A stretch of 64,000 nucleotides of DNA, from assembly GCF_009914755.1 (NCBI RefSeq), contig NC_060927.1. One strand, given 5' to 3'. Below, one piece after another: positions 1-23,230 of the stretch (position 1 is the stretch's first letter; every line of letters starts with the position of its first letter). A model generated the notes under the pieces. The model did not search any database, had not been told where the DNA came from, and saw nothing but the letters and a program-made list of their open reading frames with translations. This DNA comes from the human T2T-CHM13v2.0 reference genome, Homo sapiens. The position numbers were made by a program, and so were the translations under genes.

Positions 1-450
1 GTTAGAGTCTTTATTCAAGTACTTGGTACTCCTTGGCTATCCACTTATATTTAGGAATGAGAAACTAAAAACTAGCGCCCTCTGGAATTGAATAAATGGC
101 TGATTGTAGGGCTAGGAAAGAAAGTATAAAGTGAGTCTGAACATCTTGTGCCAGAAAGTAAAGGAGTGTTCAAAAACTGGGCATGCCACCCTGACAGAGG
201 AGGAGATTTCAAAGGGGCTTTCACTGGCCAGATGGGATAATTTAAACATCAAAATGAATAAAGACAGGGACTCAGATGCTAATAAATAAATATATAGTGT
301 CGAGGAGGGAAAGATCTTTATAGTAGAATGCCAACTAGTAAGTGTGGAAGGAATGATAAAATTAGAAAATCACCATTTTGTAACTGTCATGGTAATAACT
401 GATATGGGCAGGAATCATCAATTGAGCCAAAACTAGTAAATACAAGTTTG

Positions 451-672
451 CAGCCTGGCCAACATGGCGAGAAATCCCGTTTCTACTAAAAATAGAAAAA
501 TTAGCTAGGTGTGGTGGCACACACCTGTAGTCCCTGCTACTTGGGAGGCTGAGGCAGTAGAATTGCTTGAACCCGGAAGCAGAGGGTGCAGTGAGCTAAG
601 ATTACACCACTGCACTCCAGCCTGGGTGACAGAGTGAGACTCTGTCTTAAAAAAAAAAAAAAAAAAAAAAAA
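451..672 (+). mobile_element. 5'-truncated Alu
   Basis: Alu body starting cagcctggccaacatgg, poly(A) tail, aagtttg on both flanks. Confidence 0.9.
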
Positions 673-701
673 AGTTTGATGAGGCACTGGTATTTACATA
701 A

Positions 702-1076
<375 letters not shown>

Positions 1077-1558
1077 TGACACCACCTTAACCAAAAGATC
1101 AAAGTGAAGTTGCCAGCAGTTGGACAAACTGACATCATGGCATTCAAATGTATTGCACTGAGAAAGACATCATAACTAAATGCAGCATTCCTGCAAAAAC
1201 GATAGACTCTAATCATGAGAAAGCTGGTTAAACTGAAATTAAGGTCCATTCTACAAAACCATAGGCCTGTATTCATTAAAAAGATAAAGAAAAGCTGAAA
1301 AATTGTTTCAGACTGAAGGAGATGAAAGATACCTGGTAACTAAATGCATGCAATGTGAGATCCTGGATTAGATTTTAGATGGGACAAAATTGCTATGAAG
1401 GTTATTTTTTAATAGCTTCAGAGATATTTGAATACGGGCTACATATTACATTGTACTATTGCAAAAGTTCCTGAATTTGGTGATTATATTGTGGTTATAT
1501 AAGAGATGCCCTTGTTCTTAGGAGATACACAGTTAGTCAGGGGTGAACTTATTTTCTA

Positions 1559-2430
<872 letters not shown>

Positions 2431-2548
2431 ATAACCTGACCTAGATTCACCAGTTGTCATTCTGTTACATTTGCTTTCTCATTCTCTCATATATACATAT
2501 TGTTTTGAACCATTTAAGAGTCTTTGATTCATGTCCCTTTAATCCTAA

Positions 2549-3261
<713 letters not shown>

Positions 3262-3649
3262 CTATTATGTAATCTACAGGTCTTATTTAAATTTTTCTCT
3301 TATAGCTTTTTCTTTTTCCTAATACAGGATCCAGTGCAGGATTGTGTATTGCACATAGTTTTCATGTCTCTTTGATCTACTTTATTCTGCAACAACTCCT
3401 TGCCCTTTCTTTGTGTTCATTGGCATTAATATTGTAATTTTGTCTGATATTTACTGATGATTTGTTTCAGATTATGCCTTTTTTTTTTTTTTTGAAACAC
3501 CACATAAGTGATATTCATTTCAAAAGCATCACCCAAGGAAGGAGGGGCATGATGTCAGTTTGTTGCATTGTTGGTAATGGCAGGAAAGGCAGATTTGTCA
3601 CCAGCAGCTGTGACTGGGTGGGAATTCCAGGCTTCAGTTCCTTTAGTGT

Positions 3650-3900
3650 TTATTAATTTAGCATTCAGCAGATATTTATTGAGGGCCTTTTGGCTTAGAC
3701 CCTGTACTAAGATAACAGTGGTGAAAGGATGTAATCTCTTTTCATGGAATTTAAAGTTTAGTGTGGAATATAGACATTAAACAAATAATCATACCAGTAA
3801 TGAATTTCAGTGGTTCCAGGTGACTAAAGGAAAAATGCAGTATCAGAAGGGGTATATGCAATAGGAGAGCTAAATCTAGAGTTGGGGTTGGAAATGGGCA
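3650..3900. mobile_element. L2 3'-end remnant
   Basis: cattcagcagatatttattgag...taaacaaataatcata resembles the L2 tail consensus. Confidence 0.55.
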
Positions 3901-4145
3901 TGAAGAGGAAGGCAGAGACTCTCTTTGTGTGGCAGCTCTAGTTTAGAAACAGACATTCCATAGTGGAATGCTGCGGTGCCCTGTGCTCTAGGGATAGATC
4001 TAACTTTTGCATAATTGTACTTGTCTGACTTGCCAGGAGTAAGCTTGACCTAAAGCAACTTAATCACAGGATGGTCTGGGAGCTTAGATTCCAGCAATTT
4101 AAGCAGCTTGGTGATACTTTTTTTCTTTTTTTTTCTGTTGCTCAG

Positions 4146-4314
4146 TTTTACTTTGAACTCAGAAGGCTGTAATAGAAGACCAGGTGGCCGTCGCCATAGC
4201 AAAGGTAATCCAGAGAGTTCTTTAATGTGGAAACCTCAGGAACAGGCTGTAACAGAGATGATTTCTGAAGAGAGTGGCAAGGGTCTGAGGCGTCCCCATT
4301 GTACTGTGGAGGAG
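4146..4314 (+). CDS. SENP2: SENP2 coding exon (probably exon 6): FTLNSEGCNRRPGG...PHCTVEE
   Basis: Pyrimidine tract and cag acceptor at 4143-4145, gtaagc donor at 4315; translation matches SENP2; frame joins the next exon. Confidence 0.96.
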
Positions 4315-4356
4315 GTAAGCCTTTTCAGCTTGATTTCTTTAAAAAAAATTTTACAG

Positions 4357-4737
4357 CTCTTCCCAAGGATGCTGCCTAGAGACACTCAGAATGGTTCAAC
4401 GTTTGACATACCATTGTAGGTTTTCCTACAATACAGCCTCCAACAAAATGAGGCTGTCTTAAACCCAGATGCACCAAAAATCTGCATGCAGCATGTGCCC
4501 AGGCAGACTTTGAGGGGTTCATGCTATGAGACCTAAAGTTCTTATGAGATTGTCCAGATCACATTAGCAAGGCCTATAGCGGCCACGTGTGCTCAGTGAG
4601 TCTGTGACAGGATCAAGCATGTTGCTTATCGAGGAGCAGAAAATCGTTGTGAAAGTATTGAAGGCACAGACACAGAGTCAGACAGCTAAATTTAAAAATG
4701 AAACTTTTTTCAGAAATAAAAATTAAAAGACTAAAAA
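4357..4737 (+). pseudogene. Processed pseudogene of ribosomal protein L34 (RPL34)
   Basis: TOP-like start ctcttccc; ATG at 4391 gives [23 protein letters not shown] (RPL34: [24 protein letters not shown]); later RPKVLMRLS and LIEEQKIVVKVLKAQ; no introns; internal deletion; AATAAA at 4715-4720 and A-rich tail. Confidence 0.93.
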
Positions 4738-5134
4738 GAATTTTTAATGAATATTTTTGGGAGCAAATAATATATCTACTATGTTATATATTTCTTTTTT
4801 CCTTTTTTTTTTTTGAGACAGAGTGAGACTCTTGTCACCCATGCTGGAGTGCAGTGGTGCCGTCTTGGCTCACTGCAACCTCTGTCTCCCACGTTCCAGC
4901 ATATGTTACATATTTCAAAAGGTACTAAAGTATGTACGGTAACTAAATTTCTCAGACTCCCTTCCATACCTGGCTTCCACCACCATGTTTACTTCTAAGC
5001 AAGTAACCTCTGATACCTATATGTATTCTTCTATAGATATTCTATATACATATAATTTAGTCAATTTTTAGATGTGGTTATTTTTATTATAAGGAAGAAG
5101 AAAGAGTCATATTAGGAAGAGATAAGATTAGATT

Positions 5135-5446
<312 letters not shown>

Positions 5447-5879
5447 AAGATTAGATTCTTTTTGGGTACCTGAATTAGTCTAACTTGCTTTTTTAAAAAA
5501 ATTTACCAAGTTTTTTTTTATATATAGAGATGGGATCTCGCTATGTTGTCCAGGCTAGTTTCAAACTCGTGGGCTCAAGCGATCCTCCAGCGTCAGCCTC
5601 CCAGAGTGCTGGGATTACAGGCGTGAGCCACCGCGTCCAGTCATAACTTGTTTCTTTTTATAAACTTTAGTAACTGTGACTAAGGAAGGGAAGTAAATGG
5701 TGTGCATCTCTGCTTTTTCCTTCACCTTTCAGAACACTCAGCATGATGAAGAGTCAATCTTTTTACTTTCCTTTTGAGGTTTTCTTTTATTCCAGGAAAA
5801 TTTAGAATTATTCCTGTACCTGGCACTCCCGAGGACCATCTGCTATTTCACTTGCCAACAGTTTTCTGAGCCACTTGTT

Positions 5880-6700
5880 TAATTTAGTTCATCAAAGAAA
5901 TATTTATTGGGGTCCCAGGTACTGTGCTAGTTGTACTGTGCTAGCAATTCAAGATTAAATGAAATGTGGTTTCTGCCCTCTACGAGCTTATACATAAATA
6001 GTTGCTATTTGATAAGGAGGCAGAGAGTAATGGACCATATCCCTGAAAGGGGTTTTAAGATGAGGTGTTAAATATTTCAGTCTCTTAGATGAGAAATCAG
6101 AAATGGGACTGAGCCAGTATCTACAGGGGAATATGCAGAAGATATACTCTAGAAATATTGGTAGGTAGTATTAGCAAGGACGTTATCTGTTGATTAAGTG
6201 TGATCTAAAGTAGATAGAAGGGTCTGAGTCCCAGATTTCAGTTTTGGGAATCACTATGTGTCACTTACAAAGATAACCCTATGTTTATGGGGAAGATGAT
6301 GACTCCAGTCTTGGACATTGTTTAAACTCCCTGTGAAACCCACAAGAAAACCTCTCCTGGAAGCTCGTGGATATATGTGATGGAAATTTTGAGGAGACAC
6401 ATTTCTGAATCTTTAACCTGTTGGTGTTATTTAAATCAAGGGAGCTGATGAGATTATTCAGGGAAGGAATGTAGTGCAAGAAGAGATACGGGCAAACCAT
6501 CAGTATGATGTAGGCAGAAGGAATAATCTCCAGTGGAGACAGAGAAAAAAGAATCAGAAGAGCTTATTGTCTAGGAAAGCAAGGCAGGTCAGCAGGGTGA
6601 AATGCTGAAGAGAGATCAAGTAACATAAGGACTGGAAAAGTGTCTATTAAATGTAGCCATAGAGGTTACTGGTGATGTTGGTGAGGCCAATTCATTTTGG
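5880..6700. mobile_element. L2 remnant
   Basis: ttcatcaaagaaatatttattggg...ccctctacgagcttata and purine-rich L2-like body ending aaatgctgaagagagatcaagtaacataaggactg. Confidence 0.65.
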
Positions 6701-7063
6701 AAACTGTATATTCTCGTTATGCAAGCAGATGATTTCTGCTGAGTTTTTTTGTAGTTAACCTAATTCTGTTCAACCCAGTTCTGTCAAAAACCTAGATGCC
6801 ATCAGAATTTAGCAGATAACATGAATAAAGTGGGCTGGAGAGCAGTGGCCCATCTAAATGGGATAGCCCTACATATAGATTGTGGATTCAGTTGATCAAA
6901 GGAGGCTAGATTATTTTTAAAAAATGTATAAAGTTAGTAATTAATTCAAAGAAATATTAAAAACATAGTGCTGGCAAATAAAACACACCTATGGTTTACA
7001 TTTGGCCTTTTAATTATAAATTTAATGTGCTGGTACTTATCTAACATGCTTTCTTTTATTTAG

Positions 7064-7167
7064 GGTGTTCAAAAAGAGGAAAGAGAGAAGTACCGAAAGT
7101 TATTGGAACGACTTAAAGAAAGTGGTCATGGAAACTCTGTCTGTCCTGTAACTTCAAATTATCACAG
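7064..7167 (+). CDS. SENP2: SENP2 coding exon: GVQKEEREKYRKLLERLKESGHGNSVCPVTSNYH(S)
   Basis: ttttatttag acceptor, gtgaca donor, in-frame SENP2 sequence. Confidence 0.96.
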
Positions 7168-7491
7168 GTGACAGTGAGCTAACAGATAATGCTTTGCTAG
7201 GCATCTTTTGTTTGTTTGTTTTTGGAGAAAGTATTGGTGGGAAGGGCTTTACTGAAAGAAGAGGTTAACCCTGAGAGAACTAGCTCTGTCATTTGCCTGG
7301 ATATTTATCTAGTAATGGATAATATGTAACAGTGGTTTTGCAAAGTAAAATTTTATGTTACCTTTAGGACCTTTTGTTCAAGTAAACTTTTACTTGAAAC
7401 TCTTATATTAAAAAAGTGGATCACTGGTTGAAGTAGGGCTCCCAAGAGGCAGAGAGTTTCTTCAACCTCCCCAGCATACATTTCCCACAAT

Positions 7492-7632
7492 CTCTCTCTC
7501 TACCTCCCTTCCCCACCCCACTCCTGCCCCTCTCTCCATTTCTCCCATCTCCCTTCCTTCCTTCCTTTCTCCTTCACCTCCTCCTGGTCTTTCTTTTTGT
7601 CTTTTTTCCTTCCCCCTGCCTCACCCCTACCC
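7492..7632 (+). repeat. C/T-rich low-complexity tract
   Basis: Near-pure pyrimidine run (ccttccttccttcc etc.). Confidence 0.8.
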
Positions 7633-7971
7633 CATGAGACATACCTAGTCCCTGCGGCATCATAGAGATTGAATCTTAGCACATTTGGAAACCCACTAGA
7701 GACAAGATTAAAGTCTCCCAGGTCATAACAATTTTCCTTATAGGACAGCTTGTTAATTAAATAATGATTTAAGCAAATATTAATAGATGAGAGTGGCAGA
7801 AGGAAGTGATATTTGGCCTTGTATTTGCCTGTGAAAGGAGGACAAAAAATGTGTGAGCTCAGGATTGAGGTACACTAGGTAATTCTAACAAGTGGTGTGA
7901 GAAAACACAGGGATCCCAGAAATTATATAATAGCAAATCGAAGATTAAAAAGTCACAGAATATTATCTAGC

Positions 7972-9106
<1,135 letters not shown>

Positions 9107-9467
9107 TTCTTGCTTTTAATGTATTGTTTCAGGATCCATTTAAATACATAGCTTAAAAAGTTTTTTATCTTTTAATCTGAGTTTTATCACACTGAGATTT
9201 TTCAGTTAGTGCATCACTGGGGATTCAGAACCTCTGATTTTACAAACAGAGAAACTGGAGGTTAGGTGACCTGGCTGAAATATTATTAGAATCATGATTA
9301 GACTCCTTTTATCCTAGTCCCACATAGTTGCTTCCTTTCTGTTGTAATTTGATATAATAGTGTAATCAATCACCCCTATTTGGAGAAGCTTGCTGGACAG
9401 AGATAATGCATATTAATGGTAGACTTTGCTTTTGTATCTGATCTCCCTCACTTTTTGTGTTTCTAAG

Positions 9468-9562
9468 TTCTCAAAGAAGTCAGATGGACACATTAAAGAC
9501 CAAAGGCTGGGGGGAAGAGCAAAATCACGGAGTCAAAACAACTCAGTTTGTTCCAAAACAAT
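9468..9562 (+). CDS. SENP2: SENP2 coding exon: SQRSQMDTLKTKGWGEEQNHGVKTTQFVPKQ
   Basis: ttctaag acceptor, gtgagt donor, phase compatible with neighbours. Confidence 0.95.
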
Positions 9563-9691
9563 GTGAGTTCCCAGATTTAGCCTTGTCTTAATATATTGAC
9601 CTTAGTTCATGCTACAGTGTTCATATGAGGTAGAAAATTGACATTCAAGTGTAGATGGTGTACCAAAATACTGTCAAATCTCACAGCATTG

Positions 9692-10012
<321 letters not shown>

Positions 10013-10423
10013 CTAGGAATTTAGTAGAAAAGCTGTTTCAGGGTGAAGTAGATTCATAACATGGCTCTGGATTATTATTCCTAAGCTGCTAGATAGTAGC
10101 AACTATTTTGTGAGCTGAAATTTTATTATATTCCTTATATAACAATTTCCTTATACTTCTCCACTTACTGTCCACTAAATGACAGCTTACCAGATAAGCA
10201 GATATCACTCAGTTTATAGTAAAGATTATATTTAAACAGCAAAGATATGTATGCATTTTTTTAGGCAACTTAGTATATAGGGAGGCTAGTGTCTTTGGAA
10301 TTCACTGTAGCATTTCAATGTAGAGGAATGTTTTGATGTTGTGGAAACTCTGTAAGCTGAAATTCTAACTATATTATTCATCGATGAAGGAAACATTTAA
10401 TCTTTTCTTTACCATCCTCACAG

Positions 10424-10475
10424 ATAGACTTGTTGAAACAAGGGGACCTCTATGTTCATTGAGAAGTGAAAAGAG
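10424..10475 (+). CDS. SENP2: SENP2 coding exon: (Y)RLVETRGPLCSLRSEK(R)
   Basis: ctcacag acceptor, gtacgt donor, in frame. Confidence 0.94.
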
Positions 10476-10821
10476 GTACGTACATTCAGTTCATTCTACA
10501 CTTTCTTTTAATATATATTTTCTTACTTTATAAGCTGTATTTATGAGTAAGCAGTTCTGAGGAATTGTGAACTCTCTTGAGTTCTGGTAGTTGGTCAGCA
10601 TATAGGGTAGATAGGTAGCTAGCTGTTGTGTCAGATGCCCACCCTAGCCTGGTGGGTTGAGGGGGGTGCCCCTTATCTCCCAGGCGTCAGGGGTTGGGAG
10701 AAACACATGCTTCTTAGATGGGAGTTTGGTTGGAGTGGGGATGTCTAGTGTCAGTGTCTTTAGGATAGGAACAGTAAAGGCAGCTCTGCATGCTTTAGGA
10801 TTTTGGGATGATGGTTTATAG

Positions 10822-11033
10822 CAGAGTTTGTAAACTATGGCCCATGGGCCAAATCTGGTCTACTTGCCTATTTTTGTATAGTAAATTTCTATTGGAACAT
10901 GCGAATTCATTTACATACTGTCTGGCTGCTTTTAAATTACAGTGGCAGAGTTGCCACGATGTGCCCAAGACCATAAAACCTGCAAAGCCTAAAATACTGT
11001 CTGTTCCTTTTCAGAAAAGTTCGTTGACTCCTG
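10822..11033 (+). mobile_element. MER58A-like hAT-Charlie MITE
   Basis: cagagtttgtaaactatggcccatgggccaaatctgg...aaaagttcgttgactcctg; flanking 8-mers gtttatag and gtttagag (7/8 identical, hAT-type TSD). Confidence 0.85.
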
Positions 11034-11161
11034 GTTTAGAGTATTATGTAAACTCAACACAATTTTTATGTACAAATTACGAAATCTTATTTCTAAAACT
11101 AGGATGTACTAGGTTTGAATCATCTAGCAGAAGTCTATCATCTCTCAATTTTTTTCCTTAG

Positions 11162-11225
11162 GTGTTCAAAGGGGAAAATTACTGATACAGAGACGATGGT
11201 CGGAATCAGATTTGAAAATGAAAGT
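11162..11225 (+). CDS. SENP2: SENP2 coding exon: CSKGKITDTETMVGIRFENES
   Basis: ttttccttag acceptor, gtaagt donor, in frame. Confidence 0.95.
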
Positions 11226-11361
11226 GTAAGTAAAAATCCTAGTTACATTTGATACCTGTTTACTTATGTAACTTATGTTTTGGTGCCCATGAAAAGCAAG
11301 AAAAAGTATATATATATAACTTTGATTGTTAATTCTGTTGTTTTTCTTTAAAAAAGCAGCA

Positions 11362-11781
<420 letters not shown>

Positions 11782-12380
11782 TTACCTACATTTTATGGCT
11801 TCTTAGGGAGAATTTCTTAAAAATCATACATCTCTGGAAAGAGATGATATGTTCTGGGTTGCTGGCAGAATTCTATTTGTTTACTACAATTGTGGTTATA
11901 TAGGTGTTCATTCAAATTAAGTGGTACATTAATGTTTTGTGCATTTTCTGTAATATCAAATGACTTTTTTCAAGGATAAACTAGAACCAAGTTGAGTTAC
12001 TATAAAGATAGTAGGGATTTATTCTGAGTGATGGGATTGTGGGTCATATTTTTTGCTGTTTAAAACTTTCATAATATCTTTTAAACATACTAATTTTAAT
12101 TGTGATAGGAGAACTGAAAATACTTTTCTTGCTACTTCCAGGGAAGGTGGTGAGTGTTCTGTTTGATGGTTCATAACTGAGGGTCCTGTGAGGCCTAGGT
12201 CTGGAGCTTTTTTTGCTCCCCCTTGCAGGGACAGACAGATAGGGTAAATCTACTCACTTGGGGGATTTGCTAATTCTCTTTTCTTTCACATTAGTGGCAG
12301 TTTTATATTTCATGTGTAATCTGTGTTTATATTTGCAAGTATCAAACATGTCAGTAGAATTTAGATAATTTTTTGATCAG

Positions 12381-12557
12381 AGGAGGGGATACCAACTGGA
12401 GCCTGACCTATCAGAAGAAGTGTCGGCCCGACTCCGCCTGGGCAGTGGAAGCAATGGCTTACTCAGGAGGAAAGTGTCAATAATTGAGACAAAGGAAAAG
12501 AATTGCTCAGGCAAAGAGAGGGACAGAAGAACGGACGATCTCCTTGAACTTACAGAG
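12381..12557 (+). CDS. SENP2: SENP2 coding exon: RRGYQLEPDLSEEVSARLRLG...LLELTE (includes the leucine-rich export-signal region)
   Basis: gatcag acceptor, gtattg donor, 177 nt phase 0-0; overlaps ORF 12420-12638. Confidence 0.96.
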
Positions 12558-13167
12558 GTATTGTTCTTTGTATTGATCCTAAAAAGAGGCATGTCTTTAA
12601 ATAACCTCAGTTATTCTAACTTGAATGTTTTGTTTTGAGGACTTTCTCCAGGCTAGGGGTGAATATATGAAAACATGTCAGGTCCATGGTCTGTTGATTC
12701 ACTTTGACTACATTGATCTTTAGTGAGGCATGATCATTAGTGGCCTAAGGGATCAGATTGATATTCAGCAAATGGGGAGTCGACACAGTCATCTCATATC
12801 TTGGAATACAACAGATTCTTTGTAAATTCTAACCTTCAAATATGTTGAGTTATATAGTATGGGTTTGGCATTAAGAATAAGTTCATTGCATTTTTTTTTT
12901 GAAAGTTATTATAGTTTACTAAAATGCCCCCTTTGTTGATTATTGCATTTGAAAATAGTAAAAACTTACAGAACATAAAGAATGAAGGTAGTTAAAATTC
13001 TTATTTTAAAGATGTGCCCACATCTTGGCTTCCTCCACAATGTTGCCCTAGTAGGCAAATCTCTTGAATACTTACTGTTATATTGGGCATGTAGGTGGAG
13101 AGAGAGATCCATAAAATGGTGAAGCTGTGTGCAGTGGGAAGCAGCATATATTTAGAAGAAAATAATT

Positions 13168-14860
<1,693 letters not shown>

Positions 14861-15298
14861 GAAAATTGAGACTATACTTTAGATGTAAATATTATTATTA
14901 AATTATTGTTTCCACAAGCTAATAAGTGAACCAGGATTTGTTGTAAGTATTACTTACAACAATTAAGTAAGGCTGCTTTGTAGTTATAAGTTAAAATATT
15001 TTCAGGGCTGGTGCAGTGGCTCATGCCTATAATCTCAGCACTTTGGGAGGCCAAGGCAGGTATTGCTTGAGCCCAGGAGTTTGCAACCAACTTGGGCAAT
15101 ATAATGAGGCCCCATCTCTATCACTAAAAATAAGAAAAAAATGTTTTCCTACTGTAGTTTAGTAGGTCTTTGATAGTATATTTTTCTCAAGAGTCAGGTG
15201 TTGCCGAGATGAAAAACTTTTTTCAGTCTCGGAGTTTTCAATAACTGATAATGAATGGTTCTATATTAAAATAGCAACTTCTGAACTTTCTAATTCAG

Positions 15299-15430
15299 GA
15301 CATGGAAAAGGAAATCAGTAATGCCCTAGGCCATGGCCCACAGGATGAAATCCTAAGTAGTGCTTTCAAATTGCGAATTACTCGAGGAGATATTCAGACA
15401 TTAAAGAACTATCACTGGCTCAATGATGAA
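15299..15430 (+). CDS. SENP2: SENP2 coding exon at the start of the catalytic (Ulp1/C48) region: DMEKEISNALG...NYHWLNDE
   Basis: aattcag acceptor, gtaagt donor, WLNDE motif. Confidence 0.97.
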
Positions 15431-15745
15431 GTAAGTTGTATTCCCTCCCCCTTTTGGCTATCATTAAGTTTATTTATTTATTATCTATAATCAAAGTGAC
15501 TCCTACCCAGTTATAATGGGTTGGTAATGCAACTCTTAGTTATAATTAAAACAAAAACATTTTAAATCTTAAAAAGATGGTTAGTTCTGATTTTCTGCCT
15601 TTGATTAGCGATGTTTCCCTTTTCTGCGTCTGTATTTTATTGCATCCACCACTTCATTTACTGGTCTTCAATAAACCCTGGGTACAGCTGATAAACGGGA
15701 GGAAGCAGCAAGTGATACTGTATTTTAGGTGAATTCTTATAGTAG

Positions 15746-16753
<1,008 letters not shown>

Positions 16754-17117
16754 TCAAGTTAATATTTTAAAATTGAAGTCTAATTTATATGTAGTAAAAT
16801 TCACTTACTGTTAATATTTCTGCGTATTTTTGGTGTGATACAGTTATGTAGATCTTTCCATTATTGCACAGACTTTCTTCCTGGATTCCTTCTTCTGGCT
16901 GTTAAGTGTTACTCACATGCCTTAAAAGTACAGTTTCATTTCATTTTCATGTGTCCCATTTTGCACTGATCACTTTTTTCCCTGTCTTCTACTATAGACA
17001 GTCTTTTTATCCTCTTCTTTAGTACCTTACCTTCGAATTCATCCTTATTCAGGTAGAAATTTAGTTTTGATAATATGTTTGCCATGTTCCAGCTTTTGCT
17101 CCCTTGGTATTTTGTAG

Positions 17118-17321
17118 GTCATTAATTTTTACATGAATCTTCTGGTGGAAAGAAATAAAAAGCAAGGCTATCCAGCACTTCATGTATTCAGTACTTTCTT
17201 CTATCCTAAATTAAAGTCTGGGGGTTACCAAGCAGTGAAACGATGGACCAAAGGGGTAAATCTCTTTGAACAAGAAATTATTCTGGTGCCTATTCATCGG
17301 AAGGTACATTGGAGCCTGGTG
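17118..17321 (+). CDS. SENP2: SENP2 coding exon with the catalytic His: VINFYMNLL...[11 protein letters not shown]
   Basis: tttgtag acceptor, gtgagt donor; HW motif (cat at 17307-17309). Confidence 0.97.
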
Positions 17322-17539
17322 GTGAGTAGAGAGGGTTAATGGTTAATTGTTGGACTTGGATAAAGGCCATTTTTTAAAAATAATGCTGCCTTTTTCTGCC
17401 CTGTGTATAGAGGCCAATAGTATATATTATAAGCATACTCTGCAGAGTCTCTTTTTAGTTTTTTTTTTAATGTCCCATCCTTCACCCAACCCTTTTAGTT
17501 CTTTTTATTTATTTATTCTTTAAAAAATTTTATGTTTAT

Positions 17540-19508
<1,969 letters not shown>

Positions 19509-19645
19509 ATAAATGGATTTCTAAGATACATAAAAAATTTATATTGGTACATGTATTTTTTAAAAGATGCTTTTATTTTTGGAAGTAAAATTCTCACTCC
19601 TCTTACATTTAAGATGTTTCTGGATGTTATCTTTTTCCATTATAG

Positions 19646-19725
19646 GTGATTGACCTAAGAAAAAAGTGTCTTAAATATCTGGATTCTATGGGACAAAAGG
19701 GCCACAGGATCTGTGAGATTCTCCT
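19646..19725 (+). CDS. SENP2: SENP2 coding exon with the catalytic Asp: VIDLRKKCLKYLDSMGQKGHRICEIL(L)
   Basis: ttatag acceptor, gtaagt donor, YLDS motif. Confidence 0.97.
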
Positions 19726-20637
19726 GTAAGTAAAGGTTGAAAACCTCACTACCCCCTGTTGAGGTGATCTCTCTTTTATCTCATCCTAGGAAGCTGTGTG
19801 GATGGTAGTCTAATGTGTAGTTAAGGCTATTTCAGGACTTAGCATGCATTTTATTTTTAAAATAATAGCTGATTTCAACTGAGAAAACGTGTTTAGTAGC
19901 ATCACTGGAAACAAGTTTGTCATGTATTATGATGTAAAATAGATCTTATTAGAATCCTGTGACTTGCATTAGATTTCTTTGGCATCGATACGTTATTCTG
20001 AATGTTCTTAGGAACTGTTAGTTGGGGAGTGCTAGTCCTCTCAATTCTTAAGCCCATTTGTATCTTTATGCTTTCCATGAGAGTTGGGTTTATCTCAGAA
20101 CCCAGGGGCAGTGTTTAAAGTGTGTGGTTTGAGGAGACTGTTTCAAATAGTAATTGCTATAATAGAAACCAATCTTTAAAGCATACCTACTTCTTAGCTA
20201 GGTAAAGTAGTGACATGAGTTGAGTGAGAAAACGCATCAGTAAGATGGGTCCATTTTTCCTTTTCTGCTCACTAGAAGCAATGAAGTTCCTTCTTTTAAC
20301 TTTACTAAGGACAAATGAATCTTGTGAAGAAAAGTTGTTGCTAACAATAATATTGTTTTAGTATAAAATATTATTTTTATTTATGGTTGTTTATCTTGAA
20401 TAAAAAGCATAGAGAAGAAAATTCTAAAAATCATAAGATACACCAATTGTTTATAAAATGGTTCTCTTCTAGTCTTTTCTTTGTAAGATGTGTATAAATT
20501 GTGCGCACATACATTTGCATTCATATGTATACATATATTATCCCATGTATAGAAATGTTCTTACTGGGATCATACAGTATAGTTTGATGTGCTGCTTATA
20601 CCAGGATTTGAAAATTCATACTTTATTACATTCATGC

Positions 20638-21690
<1,053 letters not shown>

Positions 21691-21817
21691 TTAAAAAGCT
21701 AATGAATATGGATTTGAGAATGGCATATCTGTTTAACATCAGAAAGCCCTATGTAACCATAATGGTTAATTTCTTTAGGGATTTATTGATGTATTCCTTC
21801 TTTGTTTTGCTTTTTAG

Positions 21818-21902
21818 TCAGTATTTACAGGATGAAAGTAAGACCAAAAGAAATAGTGATCTGAATCTTTTAGAGTGGACCCATCACAGCATGAAACCAC
21901 AC
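21818..21902 (+). CDS. SENP2: SENP2 coding exon: QYLQDESKTKRNSDLNLLEWTHHSMKPH
   Basis: tttttag acceptor, gtgagt donor, phase compatible. Confidence 0.96.
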
Positions 21903-22413
21903 GTGAGTGACGATCATCTACATGTGACATACTTGGTTGCATTTACTAATAGTATATTATCTAGATTTGGCTCCCTTCCTGCCCTTCCTCCCTCCCTGCA
22001 TGCTTTTAAAGTACACATCTTTTTTTTTCTTTCTTTCTTTTTTGTAGAGATGGGATCTTGCTTTGTTGCCCAGGCTAGTCTCGGGCCTCCCAAAACAAAG
22101 TGCTGGGATTACAGGTGTGAGCCACCATGCCTGGCCAGAGTCTACATCTTAAGAATGATCTGCTTCTAAATCTCTAGCAATTAATCTAACTAAAATGGGT
22201 GCTTAGCTTTCATCTTCTTGTCTAAATGTAAATATTAACATATGCTTGCATGTCTCTCACAGAATTGGGAAGAAACCCAATACATTGAAGTTGGCTAATT
22301 TCCCGGTTGGTGCTAATGAAAGTTTACATTTCTTTTCCAAAATTTGGGAGTTTGTTTAAGTCTTAGGATCCCATGCCAAAAAAAGCATTTTAATTTCTAA
22401 ACTGAAAAGTTTG

Positions 22414-23230
<817 letters not shown>

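Noticed and set aside
3619-3628. tgggaattcc as an NF-kB site in SENP2
   Set aside because: Does not fully fit GGGRNNYYCC, is isolated and borders old repeats.
4201-4210. Internal donor-like aag|gtaatc in a SENP2 exon
   Set aside because: Use would shift the frame, the real donor at 4315 is stronger, and nothing in the sequence supports its use.
4480-4660. Possible intronic snoRNA
   Set aside because: Fully explained by the RPL34 processed pseudogene.
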